64,000 nt of DNA from Hyphomonadaceae bacterium (lineage in GTDB: Bacteria > Pseudomonadota > Alphaproteobacteria > Caulobacterales > Aquidulcibacteraceae), in contig JANRIR010000073.1 in assembly GCA_033764725.1 (NCBI GenBank), positions 9,972 to 73,971 on the forward strand. Reading direction: 5' to 3'. Numbering within the stretch: the first letter of the stretch is position 1; every line of letters starts with the position of its first letter. A program made the translations under genes and the position numbers. The notes beneath the pieces were generated by a model, which saw only the letters and a list, made by a program, of their open reading frames with translations, was not told the origin of the DNA and did no database searches. Shown here in pieces: positions 42,232-49,794 of the stretch.

Positions 42232-43203
42232 TTACGGCGCGCGCGACGCCGGCGGCGCCGCATGCGTGCGCGCCAAAGCGTACAGCACCGCAGACGGCCG
42301 GCTTGTCGGCGGCAACCGCGCATCCTGTTGGAAACGACCAAGCGCCAGCCGGCTCTGCGCATCCCAGCGCCCGCTCGGCGGCGCTTCCGACAGGTAACCC
42401 AGGCGGGTCAATTCTTCCTGCATCAGCCGATGGCGCTCCGCTGGCGCGGCGCGCTCATAAGCGCCGATCGCTGCAGAAAACGCCTCGGGCGACGCCGTCG
42501 CCGCATCCAGGCACGGGCGATAATCGATGCCGAAGAAATCCGCGAGATGGACGAGCGCGACGGCTTCCAAGACGCGCCGCTGCGCCATCTGCGCGCCCTG
42601 GACGCGGCGGCGATCCATACCGATTTCGGCCCCGTCGGCGCCGTCGTCGATCACCAGGAACGCTTCCTCGCCGCGACGCGGCAACGCCACGCCGACCGCC
42701 GTGGACAGACGAACGCGTCCATTCACCGAAGACGCGAAATCGCCGGCGATGAAATCATAGCTCGTGCGCCGCCCGAGCCCCGCGCGCACGTTTGCGCCCG
42801 CAACCCGCACGCCCATGCCGCGCTCGCCGGTGAACAGATCGTCCTGCGTCCACGCGCCCGACAGCGTCAATCGCCGCGCGCCCGCGCGCTGTTCGTCCAT
42901 GACGATCTGCACTTTCGACGTCTCGAGCCGCGACAGCGCGGTATGCAGCACGAACGATCCGCCCAAACTCAGCCGCCGCTCTTCATTCAAGAGCGGCACC
43001 GTCGCATCTTCGATGTCCCGCACCACCACGCTGACCGGCGCAGCCGGGCTCTGCTCGATGAGGCCGCCAAGGCACCGCAATCCCGCGCTGTGCTCGGTCA
43101 TGACCGGCGACACCGCGGGCGCATCACGCAACAACGCCGCCTGGGGCTCCACGCTGGCGCATGCCGAAGCGCCTAGCGCCATCGCCAATCCGAGATGCTT
43201 CAT
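42232..43203 (-). CDS. outer-membrane lipoprotein, CsgG/HfaB-like N-terminal region plus C-terminal peptidoglycan-binding-like repeat
   Basis: Has a signal peptide with a lipobox (MKHLGLAMALGASAC). ..PVSVVVRDIEDAT..., ..FVLHTALSRLE..VQIVMDEQ and later blocks follow the CsgG pattern from memory. The C-terminus LTRLGYL....GRWDAQSRLALGRFQ resembles PG_binding_1. The family call needs HMM confirmation. Confidence 0.5.
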   Translation of the reverse strand: MKHLGLAMALGASACASVEPQAALLRDAPAVSPVMTEHSAGLRCLGGLIEQSPAAPVSVVVRDIEDATVPLLNEERRLSLGGSFVLHTALSRLETSKVQIVMDEQRAGARRLTLSGAWTQDDLFTGERGMGVRVAGANVRAGLGRRTSYDFIAGDFASSVNGRVRLSTAVGVALPRRGEEAFLVIDDGADGAEIGMDRRRVQGAQMAQRRVLEAVALVHLADFFGIDYRPCLDAATASPEAFSAAIGAYERAAPAERHRLMQEELTRLGYLSEAPPSGRWDAQSRLALGRFQQDARLPPTSRPSAVLYALARTHAAPPASRAP

Positions 43204-43232
43204 CGCGCCGTCTCCCTGTCATTCGGATCAAG

Positions 43233-43257
43233 AACGACGCCTGCGGCGATCTATTCC
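43233..43257 (-). promoter_or_regulatory. ECF-type promoter P1 (GGAATAG-N14-CGTTCT) for the lipoprotein gene
   Basis: The minus strand reads TTTGGAATAGATCGCCGCAGGCGTCGTTCTTGATCC. The spacer between GGAAT and CGTT is exactly 16 nt, and the -10 element ends 29 nt before the ATG at 43203. Verified against the translation of ORF 43161..44033. Confidence 0.6.
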
Positions 43258-43269
43258 AAAGCCGGGAAA

Positions 43270-43294
43270 GGAATAAGCGACGGCGGTCTTCGTT
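43270..43294 (+). promoter_or_regulatory. ECF-type promoter P2 (GGAATAA-N14-CGTTCT) for the 234-aa protein gene
   Basis: The plus strand reads GGAATAAGCGACGGCGGTCTTCGTTCTGGG, with the ATG at 43329 34 nt downstream. It is divergent from P1. Verified against a supplied translation. Confidence 0.6.
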
Positions 43295-43328
43295 CTGGGT
43301 GCGACCGCAACACAACCAAGCGAGACCC

Positions 43329-44033
43329 ATGTTCGCCTTCGCCGCGCCCAAGCCCCGGATCAGCTTCACCTGCAGGCCCGAGGACAAAGGCGTCATCGCC
43401 GAGCCGATCCCGGCCAAGGGCGCCATGCCCGATTGGTTCAAGCGCATCCCGCCGGTCGATGTCGGCGTGCAGAGCCCGAGCAATAACGGGCTGACCATCA
43501 AGCGTTGCCTGCCGTTTCTCGACGCCATGACGCACGGCTGGATCATTCCGCTTGCGGCGTCCGTCCGGCTGGAGGTGTCCAAGGACGGCGCAGAGGTGAA
43601 CGCCGGCTGGGATTTCGACCGGGAGATGGTCAGCTTCCATCCGGACTTTCAGGTGTCGGGCCACCCTTTCGGCCCAGGTCCTGCATGCAAGTTTCACAAT
43701 TTCTGGACGATCCAGACGCCGCCGGGCTGGAGCGTGCTGATCACGCCGCCGCTCAATCGCCCGCATCCGACCTTTGAAATTCTCAGCGGAATCGTCGACA
43801 CCGACACGTACCGCTCGCCGATCCATTTTCCATTCTTCCTCAATGTCGGCGACGGCCTGCACGAGATCGAGAAAGGCGCGCCCATCGCGCAAATCATCCC
43901 GTTCCGCCGCACGCAGATCGCCGCCGACATTCGCGCCGAGACGCCGGAAGAAGCGGCCGAACGCGTGCGCATCCTGCGCAACACGCGCGCCGGCGGCGCC
44001 TGGTACCGCCAGCAGGCGCGGGCGCCGCGCTGA
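43329..44033 (+). CDS. conserved-looking hypothetical protein, no signal peptide
   Basis: 234 aa starting at MFAFAAPKPRISFTCRPEDKG (residue 57 of ORF 43161..44033). Composition is ordinary and rich in His/Trp/Phe (..FHNFWTIQTPPGWSVLITPPLNRP.., ..IVDTDTYRSPIHFPFF..). I could not confidently name a family. Confidence 0.6.
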   Translation: MFAFAAPKPRISFTCRPEDKGVIAEPIPAKGAMPDWFKRIPPVDVGVQSPSNNGLTIKRCLPFLDAMTHGWIIPLAASVRLEVSKDGAEVNAGWDFDREMVSFHPDFQVSGHPFGPGPACKFHNFWTIQTPPGWSVLITPPLNRPHPTFEILSGIVDTDTYRSPIHFPFFLNVGDGLHEIEKGAPIAQIIPFRRTQIAADIRAETPEEAAERVRILRNTRAGGAWYRQQARAPR

Positions 44034-44045
44034 AGCGAACCTCAC

Positions 44046-44079
44046 AAAAAAATCCGGAGCGGCGAGGAGGCCGCTCCGG
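44046..44079 (-). terminator. rho-independent terminator of the (SNSS)18 gene
   Basis: 10-bp perfect stem CCGGAGCGGC (44054-44063) / GCCGCTCCGG (44070-44079) with a 6-nt loop. On the minus strand it is followed by A-TTTTTTT (plus-strand A-run 44046-52). It lies about 25 nt after the stop at 44103. Confidence 0.8.
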
Positions 44080-44102
44080 TGAGAGGACCAAGCCGGCTTC
44101 GC

Positions 44103-44522
44103 TCAGGTCGAGCTGTTCGAAGAAGAATTCGAAGAGCTGTTCGACGAACTGTTCGATGAACTGTTCGAGCTCGAATTCGACGACGAGTTGGAGCTCGAGT
44201 TCGACGAGGAATTCGAGGACGAATTGGAGCTGGAGTTCGAGGAAGAATTCGAGCTCGAGTTCGACGAGGAATTCGACGAGGAATTCGAGGACGAGTTCGA
44301 CGAGGAATTGGAGCTGGAATTCGAGATTCCACGTCCGCCGCGGCGGCGCTCGCGCACCTCTTCGACGACCGCACCCTGTTCGGCGCGCGCGTCGGCCGCG
44401 CGTTCGATCTGCGCCGTCCGCGTCACGGAGGCGACGCCGTCATGGGTGGCGGCCTGCGCCCCCATGGCGGACACGCCCAGCGCCGCAGCGGACGCCGTTG
44501 CGATCCAGGTGAACTTTTTCAT
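44103..44522 (-). CDS. secreted protein with C-terminal (Ser-Asn-Ser-Ser)x18 repeat
   Basis: The start MKKFTWIATASAAALGVSAMGAQA-AT is a Sec signal with an AxA site, preceded by GGAAAGG 7-8 nt upstream. A charged linker of about 57 aa follows, then a 73-residue tail that is a perfect SNSS repeat plus a final T. The track ORF is 44103..44567. Confidence 0.7.
   Translation of the reverse strand: MKKFTWIATASAAALGVSAMGAQAATHDGVASVTRTAQIERAADARAEQGAVVEEVRERRRGGRGISNSSSNSSSNSSSNSSSNSSSNSSSNSSSNSSSNSSSNSSSNSSSNSSSNSSSNSSSNSSSNSSSNSSSNSST
44106..44324 (-). repeat. 12-nt-period coding tandem repeat encoding (SNSS)18
   Basis: The period is imperfect at the DNA level: all six Ser codons and both Asn codons are used. 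The peptide repeat is perfect. The tract contains several GAATTC, GAGCTC and CTCGAG sites. Confidence 0.85.
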
Positions 44523-44573
44523 ATCGAGCCTTTCCCTTTTCCACGCCCGATCGCAAACGTCGGGCATGAGGCA

Positions 44574-44598
44574 AACGCCGCCGCCGAAGTCCTATTCC
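44574..44598 (-). promoter_or_regulatory. ECF-type promoter P3 (GGAATAG-N14-CGTTTG) for the (SNSS)18 gene
   Basis: The minus strand reads GTGGAATAGGACTTCGGCGGCGGCGTTTGCC, with a 16-nt spacer. The ATG at 44522 is 51 nt downstream. Verified against the translation of ORF 44442..44771. Confidence 0.55.
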
Positions 44599-44664
44599 AC
44601 AGCATCAGCCTTAAAGCCCGGCAATGCGCTCTTCGGGCCGGGTCATTTAATTCGCCCACGAACC

Positions 44665-44689
44665 GGAATAAGAAGCGGGCTGCGGCGTT
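44665..44689 (+). promoter_or_regulatory. ECF-type promoter P4 (GGAATAA-N14-CGTTCT) for the porin gene
   Basis: The plus strand reads CCGGAATAAGAAGCGGGCTGCGGCGTTCTGGGG, with the ATG at 44720 30 nt downstream. Verified against the translation of ORF 44442..44771. Confidence 0.6.
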
Positions 44690-44719
44690 CTGGGGATCAA
44701 ACGCCAAGAGGGGATTTGC

Positions 44720-45763
44720 ATGCGTGGGTTGTTTGGGAGCGTGGCGCTCGCCGCGGTGTGGGCGGCGATGACGGGCGACGCGTCGGCCCAAGAGCTTCGC
44801 GCCAACGTCAACGGGGTCGAACTCACCGCCAACGGCGCGATCTCGCTGCAAGCCGGGGCCTATGAGGACCCTGAAACCGGGCGCTCCGACGAAGCCTCCG
44901 AATGGGACGCTTCGTTGATTGTCAATGCGGAATACGTCGCCCAATCGGGTCTCGTTTATGGTTTCCGTGCGGAGGTCGATACGGGCGACCGCGAGGCCGA
45001 GGATCTGCAGCGTGACGAAATTTATGTGTATCTCGCCGGCGGCTTCGGCCGCGTCGAATTGGGCGAGCAGGACGGCCCCGCCGACACCATCTCTCTGCAC
45101 GCGCCGCTTGTAGGCCTCGGCCAGATCCGCGGCGATTTCGTGCGCTATGCCGGAACCGCCGCGCTGATCAGCCCCTTCGACACCCGCGATGCGTTGAAGA
45201 TCCTCTATCTCTCCGCGCCCGTGCGCGGCTTCCGGTTCGGCGTCTCCTATGCGCCGGAACTGGAATCCAACAGCGACGATCCCAATCCGCGCCGGCGCAC
45301 GCGCCAAGAGAATGCGATCGAAACCGCCCTCGCCTACCAGACGACGCTCGGCGATTGGGTCGGCGGCGTGAGCGCGGCCTATGTGCATGGCGAAGCCGAT
45401 CCCGTCACGGAGCGGCAGGATCTTGAATCCTGGAGCATCGGCTCGGAATTCCGCCGCGGCCCCCTCGCCATCGGCGCCGCCTTCGTCAGCCGCGGCGACA
45501 GCAACAGCCTCACGCCCGGCCTCGACGAAGAAGAAATCAACGCCGGGATCGCCTGGCGCGCCGAGCGCTGGGGCGTCGCCCTCTCCGCCTCGGAGACGGA
45601 CTCCACGAACTTCACCAACCGGCTGATCGGCGTGGGCGGCTATTACGAACTGAGCGAGCATTGGGTGCTGCGCGCCGATTTCGTCAGCATCGAAGAGGAG
45701 CCCGTGGGCGCGCCGTCTGCGTCGGGTTCCGTGGCGATCGCTGAAATTTCTTTCAGATTCTGA
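44720..45763 (+). CDS. outer-membrane porin (beta-barrel)
   Basis: Has a signal peptide (..AAMTGDASA-QE), alternating amphipathic strands, acidic loops and a C-terminal aromatic signature (..IAEISFRF). 347 aa. Confidence 0.75.
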   Translation: MRGLFGSVALAAVWAAMTGDASAQELRANVNGVELTANGAISLQAGAYEDPETGRSDEASEWDASLIVNAEYVAQSGLVYGFRAEVDTGDREAEDLQRDEIYVYLAGGFGRVELGEQDGPADTISLHAPLVGLGQIRGDFVRYAGTAALISPFDTRDALKILYLSAPVRGFRFGVSYAPELESNSDDPNPRRRTRQENAIETALAYQTTLGDWVGGVSAAYVHGEADPVTERQDLESWSIGSEFRRGPLAIGAAFVSRGDSNSLTPGLDEEEINAGIAWRAERWGVALSASETDSTNFTNRLIGVGGYYELSEHWVLRADFVSIEEEPVGAPSASGSVAIAEISFRF

Positions 45764-45770
45764 AACGAAG

Positions 45771-45795
45771 GGAATAGGCGCTCTGCAGCGCCGTT
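45771..45795 (+). promoter_or_regulatory. ECF-type promoter P5 (GGAATAG-N14-CGTTCT) for the P-loop/ABC-like pair
   Basis: The plus strand reads GGGAATAGGCGCTCTGCAGCGCCGTTCTCCC, starting 8 nt after the porin stop. The ATG at 45847 is 51 nt downstream. Verified against the translation of ORF 45753..45935. Confidence 0.6.
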
Positions 45796-45846
45796 CTCCC
45801 TTGCATCCGCATCAGGAAAAAGCGGATCGACAAGGGGAAACATCGC

Positions 45847-46902
45847 ATGCGCCTCACGCTTCCGCCGGAACGGCTCGCCCGCGCAAAGCGCGCTTTCAGC
45901 ACACGGACGGCGCCCGATCGGGCGCTGCACGCCATCGAGACCGCCGACGTTTCGCCCCGCGCCGGCGATCTGGTTTTGGCGCGCGTGCTCGAGGTCGGCG
46001 CCCATCAGAGGCTCGAACTGACCACCAGCCGCAAGGCGCTGTTGTTTGAAGGCGATGAAATCATTCTCGCCTACGGCAACCGCTACGCGCCGGACCAGTT
46101 CGAAGCCGTGGCGCCGGATGATCTCGGCCCCTGCGATCTTGCCGCCGCCGGCGGCATCGCCGCGCGCGTCATCGCCAAGAACGAGCGCATGGAGGAGCCG
46201 ACGCGCATCCAGCCGATCGGGCTGTTCGTCGATGACGCGGGCAAGGCGCTCAATCTGCGCGGCTTCGCCCTCGCCGCTCCCGAAGCCGCCGCGGCGCCGG
46301 CGATGTTCACCGTCGTCGGCGGCTCGATGAACGCCGGCAAGACCACCACCGCCGCCTCGATCATCAAGGGCCTCACGCGCGCCGGATTGAAGGTCGGCGC
46401 AGCGAAGCTGACCGGCACCGGCGCAGGCAACGATTTCTGGCACATGCGCGACGCCGGCGCTTTCCGTGTTCTCGATTTCACCGATGTCGGCATGGCCACG
46501 ACCTATCGCGCCGATCGCGGCGAGCTGGCGCATGGCGTGCGCACGCTGATCGGCGCGCTGGCGCAGGACGGCGCCGACGCGCTGGTGCTCGAGGTCGCCG
46601 ACGGGCTCTTCCAGGACGAGACCGCGTGGCTCATCGCCTCCGGCCTGTTGAAGCAGCCGCGCAGCGGCTACCTCTATGCCGGCGAAAGCGCCGCCTCGTG
46701 CGCGATGGGCGTGCATTGGCTGCGCCAACACGGCCGCGTGCTGGGACTGAGCGGCCTGGTGTCGCAATCCCCGCTCGCGTGCCGCGAGGCCACGCAAGCC
46801 ACCGGCATGCGCTGCTACACGCGCGAGGCGCTGGCCTCGATGGAGGTCGCAGCAGCGCTCTACGACGCGCTCATGGAGCCCTGCGCGCAAGCGGCGGCAT
46901 GA
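45847..46902 (+). CDS. P-loop NTPase of uncertain family (possibly DUF1611-like)
   Basis: 351 aa. Walker A is VVGGSMNAGKTTTAASIIKGL, followed by KLTGTGAGND, with a Walker-B-like ALVLEVADG. The N-terminal domain of about 150 aa is unassigned. The stop makes an ATGA overlap with the next gene. Confidence 0.6.
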   Translation: MRLTLPPERLARAKRAFSTRTAPDRALHAIETADVSPRAGDLVLARVLEVGAHQRLELTTSRKALLFEGDEIILAYGNRYAPDQFEAVAPDDLGPCDLAAAGGIAARVIAKNERMEEPTRIQPIGLFVDDAGKALNLRGFALAAPEAAAAPAMFTVVGGSMNAGKTTTAASIIKGLTRAGLKVGAAKLTGTGAGNDFWHMRDAGAFRVLDFTDVGMATTYRADRGELAHGVRTLIGALAQDGADALVLEVADGLFQDETAWLIASGLLKQPRSGYLYAGESAASCAMGVHWLRQHGRVLGLSGLVSQSPLACREATQATGMRCYTREALASMEVAAALYDALMEPCAQAAA

Positions 46903-48410
46903 GACCGCGGCTGCTTGCGCCAGGGCGCGGCTGGCCGCTGGCGCGCCTTGGGGTGTTGACGCTTGCCGAAGCGGGGGCGCTGGCGGGCGGCGTCGTTGCG
47001 CTCAAGAGGTTTCTCGACGCCGCCGGCGCCGGCGCAGATCTGCGCGGCCCGAGCCTTATGCTGCTCGCCGTCTCCACCGCCTCCGCTGTCATTACCTGGG
47101 CGCGGGCGGTGACGGCCGAAGACGTCAGCATGGATTACGCCAACGATTTGCGCCGCTTTCTGGCGCGCCACGCTGTAGCGGCGAGCGAAGGCGCACGGCG
47201 ACTTGGCGCTTTGACCGCGCGCATGACGGGCGACGTCAATCCGATGCGCGAATGGGCCTCGATCGGGCTCGGCGAATCCGGCGCAGCGCTCGCCGCCGGC
47301 GTCGGCGCGCTTGCGGCGCTTGGGATGGCGGCAGGCGCAGGCGGGCTCGCCGCAGGCGTGGGACTGCTCGCTGCGTGTGGACTGGTCTGGATAGGACTTG
47401 GGCGCGCGCATCGCCGCGCCCTGCAGCGCTTACGCCAGGCCCGCGGCCGCGTGGCCGCCGTCGCCGGCGACATCGTTCTGGGCGCACGCACCTTGGCGCT
47501 GTTCCACGCGGCGCATCGCGAGCGGACGAGGCTCGATGCGCGCGCTGATGATGTGCGCGCCGCCGCCGTCCGGCGCACAGCGATCGCGAGCCTGGTCGAG
47601 GCGCCTGCGGCCTACGCCGTCGTCGCGACGTTTCTGGCCATGCTGTCGCTGGCGATGCACGCGGATCGCGCGATCGACTGGGCGATGGCGGCGTTCGCGG
47701 GCGGCTTTCTAGGCGCGGCGCTGCGCTCTGGCGCGCGTGCGCGCGATAGTTTCCTTGCAGCGCAACTTGGCGCCGCGCGGTTCGACCGTCTTGCCGCTGA
47801 AGCCGCGCGGGTTCGAACGGATCCGGCGCGTGCGCCGGCGCCGTCGGACGGCGCCATCGCGCTGCGTCTCGGGGGCGGCGATGATGTCGTTCTGCAGCGC
47901 GGCGAGGTCGCTTTCGTCAGCGGCGAGCTTCCGCGCGGCGCGCTTGCGTCTCTGGAATCGCTTGCACGCACGCCAGGCGCGGTGCGATTCGCGGGCGCAC
48001 AGGATGACGAGCGCGGCCTGCGCCGCCGCATCATGCTGGCGGCCCCCAGCGCGCCGCTGCTGCGCGGCTCGTTGCGCCGCAATCTATCGATCGGCCAGCG
48101 CGGACTATCGGACGATGTAATGGCGCAGGCGCTCGCCCTGGTCGGCCTTGCGGACATGGCCGCAGCGCTCGAGCGCCGCATCGATCCGGACGCGCCCAGC
48201 CTCGACGGCTGGACGCAAGCGCGGCTGCGCCTGGCGCGCGCCATCGCGCATGGGCCGTCACTGCTGATCGTCGCGGAGCCGGCGCTGTATTTCGATCCCG
48301 AATTGCCGGCGCTGTTGCGGGCTGCGGCGCAGGCGTCCGAGTGCGGCGTGATCGCCGCCGGCCCAGGCGCCAACGACAGCCGGGATCGGCGCTACACGAT
48401 CGCACTTTAG
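46899..48410 (+). CDS. ABC-exporter-like membrane protein with a degenerate (non-catalytic) nucleotide-binding domain
   Basis: 503 aa starting at MRPRLLAPG (residue 92 of ORF 46626..48410). The N-terminal region of about 300 aa is hydrophobic. In the C-terminal ABC-fold region, Walker A is replaced (GEVAFVSGELPRGALAS), the signature LSGGQ is replaced (LDGWTQARLRLARAI), and the Walker B Asp is replaced (LLIVAEP). Confidence 0.6.
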   Translation: MRPRLLAPGRGWPLARLGVLTLAEAGALAGGVVALKRFLDAAGAGADLRGPSLMLLAVSTASAVITWARAVTAEDVSMDYANDLRRFLARHAVAASEGARRLGALTARMTGDVNPMREWASIGLGESGAALAAGVGALAALGMAAGAGGLAAGVGLLAACGLVWIGLGRAHRRALQRLRQARGRVAAVAGDIVLGARTLALFHAAHRERTRLDARADDVRAAAVRRTAIASLVEAPAAYAVVATFLAMLSLAMHADRAIDWAMAAFAGGFLGAALRSGARARDSFLAAQLGAARFDRLAAEAARVRTDPARAPAPSDGAIALRLGGGDDVVLQRGEVAFVSGELPRGALASLESLARTPGAVRFAGAQDDERGLRRRIMLAAPSAPLLRGSLRRNLSIGQRGLSDDVMAQALALVGLADMAAALERRIDPDAPSLDGWTQARLRLARAIAHGPSLLIVAEPALYFDPELPALLRAAAQASECGVIAAGPGANDSRDRRYTIAL

Positions 48411-48455
48411 GCCTCACCCGAGCGCATGGATCTCCCGCAGCGCAGCGGCTTTGCG

Positions 48456-49181
48456 TCACCGCCAATCGCCGGCGATCAGCGCCGCTTCCGCTTCGGCGTC
48501 GAGCGGCGCCTGCGCATCGAGCCGCGACAAGGCGGCGTCGAGCACGCTTGCGGCGTCGTCGCCCACGGTTTCGTATCCGCCCGCAGTCGCCGGCGCAGCC
48601 GCGGTCAACACTTCGAAGCGCCAACGATCGTCCTGCCGGCACGCGACGCCTGCCGACGCCGACGCGCCGATCTGAACCTCCACCTCGCGGCAATACCGCC
48701 CATCGCCGATGCGGAAGGAGGACGACGCGCGAAACACGCCTGCCCCGTCAAGCGCGCGTTCAGCGCCGCTCGGCGCCTGCTCCAACATGGCGTGCAACGC
48801 GCCGCCGGCCGGCACGGCGGCGGGATCGAGCGCGCCGCCGCGCGGCGCAGCGATCATTCCGCCTGCCGCGCCGACGACGAGCGCTATGCCCGCGGCGATG
48901 GGAACACGCCAGCGGTCGGCGATGCGTTGGGCTGCAAACAGCCGGTCTTGCGGCGCGATCGCCGCATCGCGCACGAGCGCTGCAAGGCGCGGCGCAGGCG
49001 TGTCGAGGTCGGGCGCGGCATAGGCGGCGCGCACGGCTTCGTCCGCCTGACGCAAGGCCTGCAGGCGCGCACGCGCCGCAGCGTCGGTCTCAAGCGCGCG
49101 CTCGAGCGCGGCGCGCTGGTGCGGCGGCAGCGCGCCGTCGAGATAGGCGCTCAATTGCTCGTCGGAAATCTCGTCACTCAT
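48456..49181 (-). CDS. membrane-spanning anti-sigma factor
   Basis: N-terminal anti-sigma domain pattern (EQLSAYLDGALPPHQRAALERAL..D), a single TM helix (VPIAAGIALVVGAAGGMIAA) and a periplasmic domain of about 130 aa. The start overlaps the sigma gene stop by 8 nt. Confidence 0.8.
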   Translation of the reverse strand: MSDEISDEQLSAYLDGALPPHQRAALERALETDAAARARLQALRQADEAVRAAYAAPDLDTPAPRLAALVRDAAIAPQDRLFAAQRIADRWRVPIAAGIALVVGAAGGMIAAPRGGALDPAAVPAGGALHAMLEQAPSGAERALDGAGVFRASSSFRIGDGRYCREVEVQIGASASAGVACRQDDRWRFEVLTAAAPATAGGYETVGDDAASVLDAALSRLDAQAPLDAEAEAALIAGDWR

Positions 49182-49701
49182 GCACCGCGCTCCCCGCCGG
49201 CTGAAGTCTTTGCGCCACCGCCTTGCGCGCGCGCGACAGGCGGCTCATGACGGTGCCGATCGGTATTTTCAAAACCTCAGAAACTTCCTGGTAGCTCATG
49301 CCTTCGATCGCCACGAGCGTGAGGATCACGCGGTGATCGTCGGGCAGCGCATCCATCGCCGCGCGCGTGCGCTTGAGGTCGATTGCGGATTCGACCACGT
49401 CGCGGCCGTCGACGAGCGAGAGATCATACATGTCGTCGATGGCGACGACTTTGCCGCGTCGGCTGCGCGCGCGCACCTCGTCGATCCAGGCGTTGTAGGC
49501 GATGCGCAGCACCCAAGGCTCCATCCTGGAGCCTGGCGTCCAGCGATGCAGATTGCCGATCGCGCGCTCAAGCGCGATCTGCGCCAAATCCTCGCCGTCT
49601 TCGCGTGAACCGGTCATGGCGTAGCAAAACCGCTGCAGGCGAGGGATCGCCTGGAGAAGCAACGCCTTTGGGGAATCCGGTTCATCGCGGCTTTGCCTCA
49701 T
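49174..49701 (-). CDS. ECF-family RNA polymerase sigma factor
   Basis: Has sigma-70 region 2 (..EDGEDLAQIALERAIGNLHRW......PWVLRIAYNAWIDEVR) and region 4 (..LVAIEGMSYQEVSEVLKIPIGTVMSRLSRARK). The track ORF starts at ATG 49716. I prefer ATG 49701 (MRQSRDE, with GGGGAG 7 nt upstream) because the -10 of promoter P6 abuts 49716. Confidence 0.88.
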   Translation of the reverse strand: MRQSRDEPDSPKALLLQAIPRLQRFCYAMTGSREDGEDLAQIALERAIGNLHRWTPGSRMEPWVLRIAYNAWIDEVRARSRRGKVVAIDDMYDLSLVDGRDVVESAIDLKRTRAAMDALPDDHRVILTLVAIEGMSYQEVSEVLKIPIGTVMSRLSRARKAVAQRLQPAGSAVHE

Positions 49702-49716
49702 AAGATCGCTCCCCAT

Positions 49717-49741
49717 AACGCCGCGATGACGGTTTTATTCC
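49717..49741 (-). promoter_or_regulatory. ECF-type promoter P6 (GGAATAA-N14-CGTTAT), putative autoregulatory promoter of the sigma/anti-sigma operon
   Basis: The minus strand reads TCCGGAATAAAACCGTCATCGCGGCGTTATGGGGAGC, with a 16-nt spacer. This stretch is not covered by any supplied translation, so it rests on my reading of the raw sequence lines. Confidence 0.5.
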
Positions 49742-49769
49742 GGACGGTCGCCGTTCAGTGTGCGCCCAT

Positions 49770-49794
49770 GGAATAGGACGATTGCTTCAACGTT
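49770..49794 (+). promoter_or_regulatory. ECF-type promoter P7 (GGAATAG-N14-CGTTCT) for the S8 protease operon
   Basis: The plus strand reads ATGGAATAGGACGATTGCTTCAACGTTCTCTAACC, with the ATG at 49833 38 nt downstream. It is divergent from P6, with 28 nt between the two -35 elements. Verified against the translation of ORF 49760..49975. Confidence 0.6.

Noticed and set aside
44188-44865. Plus-strand ORF reading (EFEL/EFDE)n through the 12-nt repeat and on into the divergent promoter region.
   Set aside because: It has no signal peptide or RBS, it starts inside the repeat, and it runs across the promoter and 5' end of the porin gene. The minus-strand frame has an RBS, a Sec signal peptide, its own ECF-type promoter and a terminator. 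It is kept only as a note in the repeat finding.
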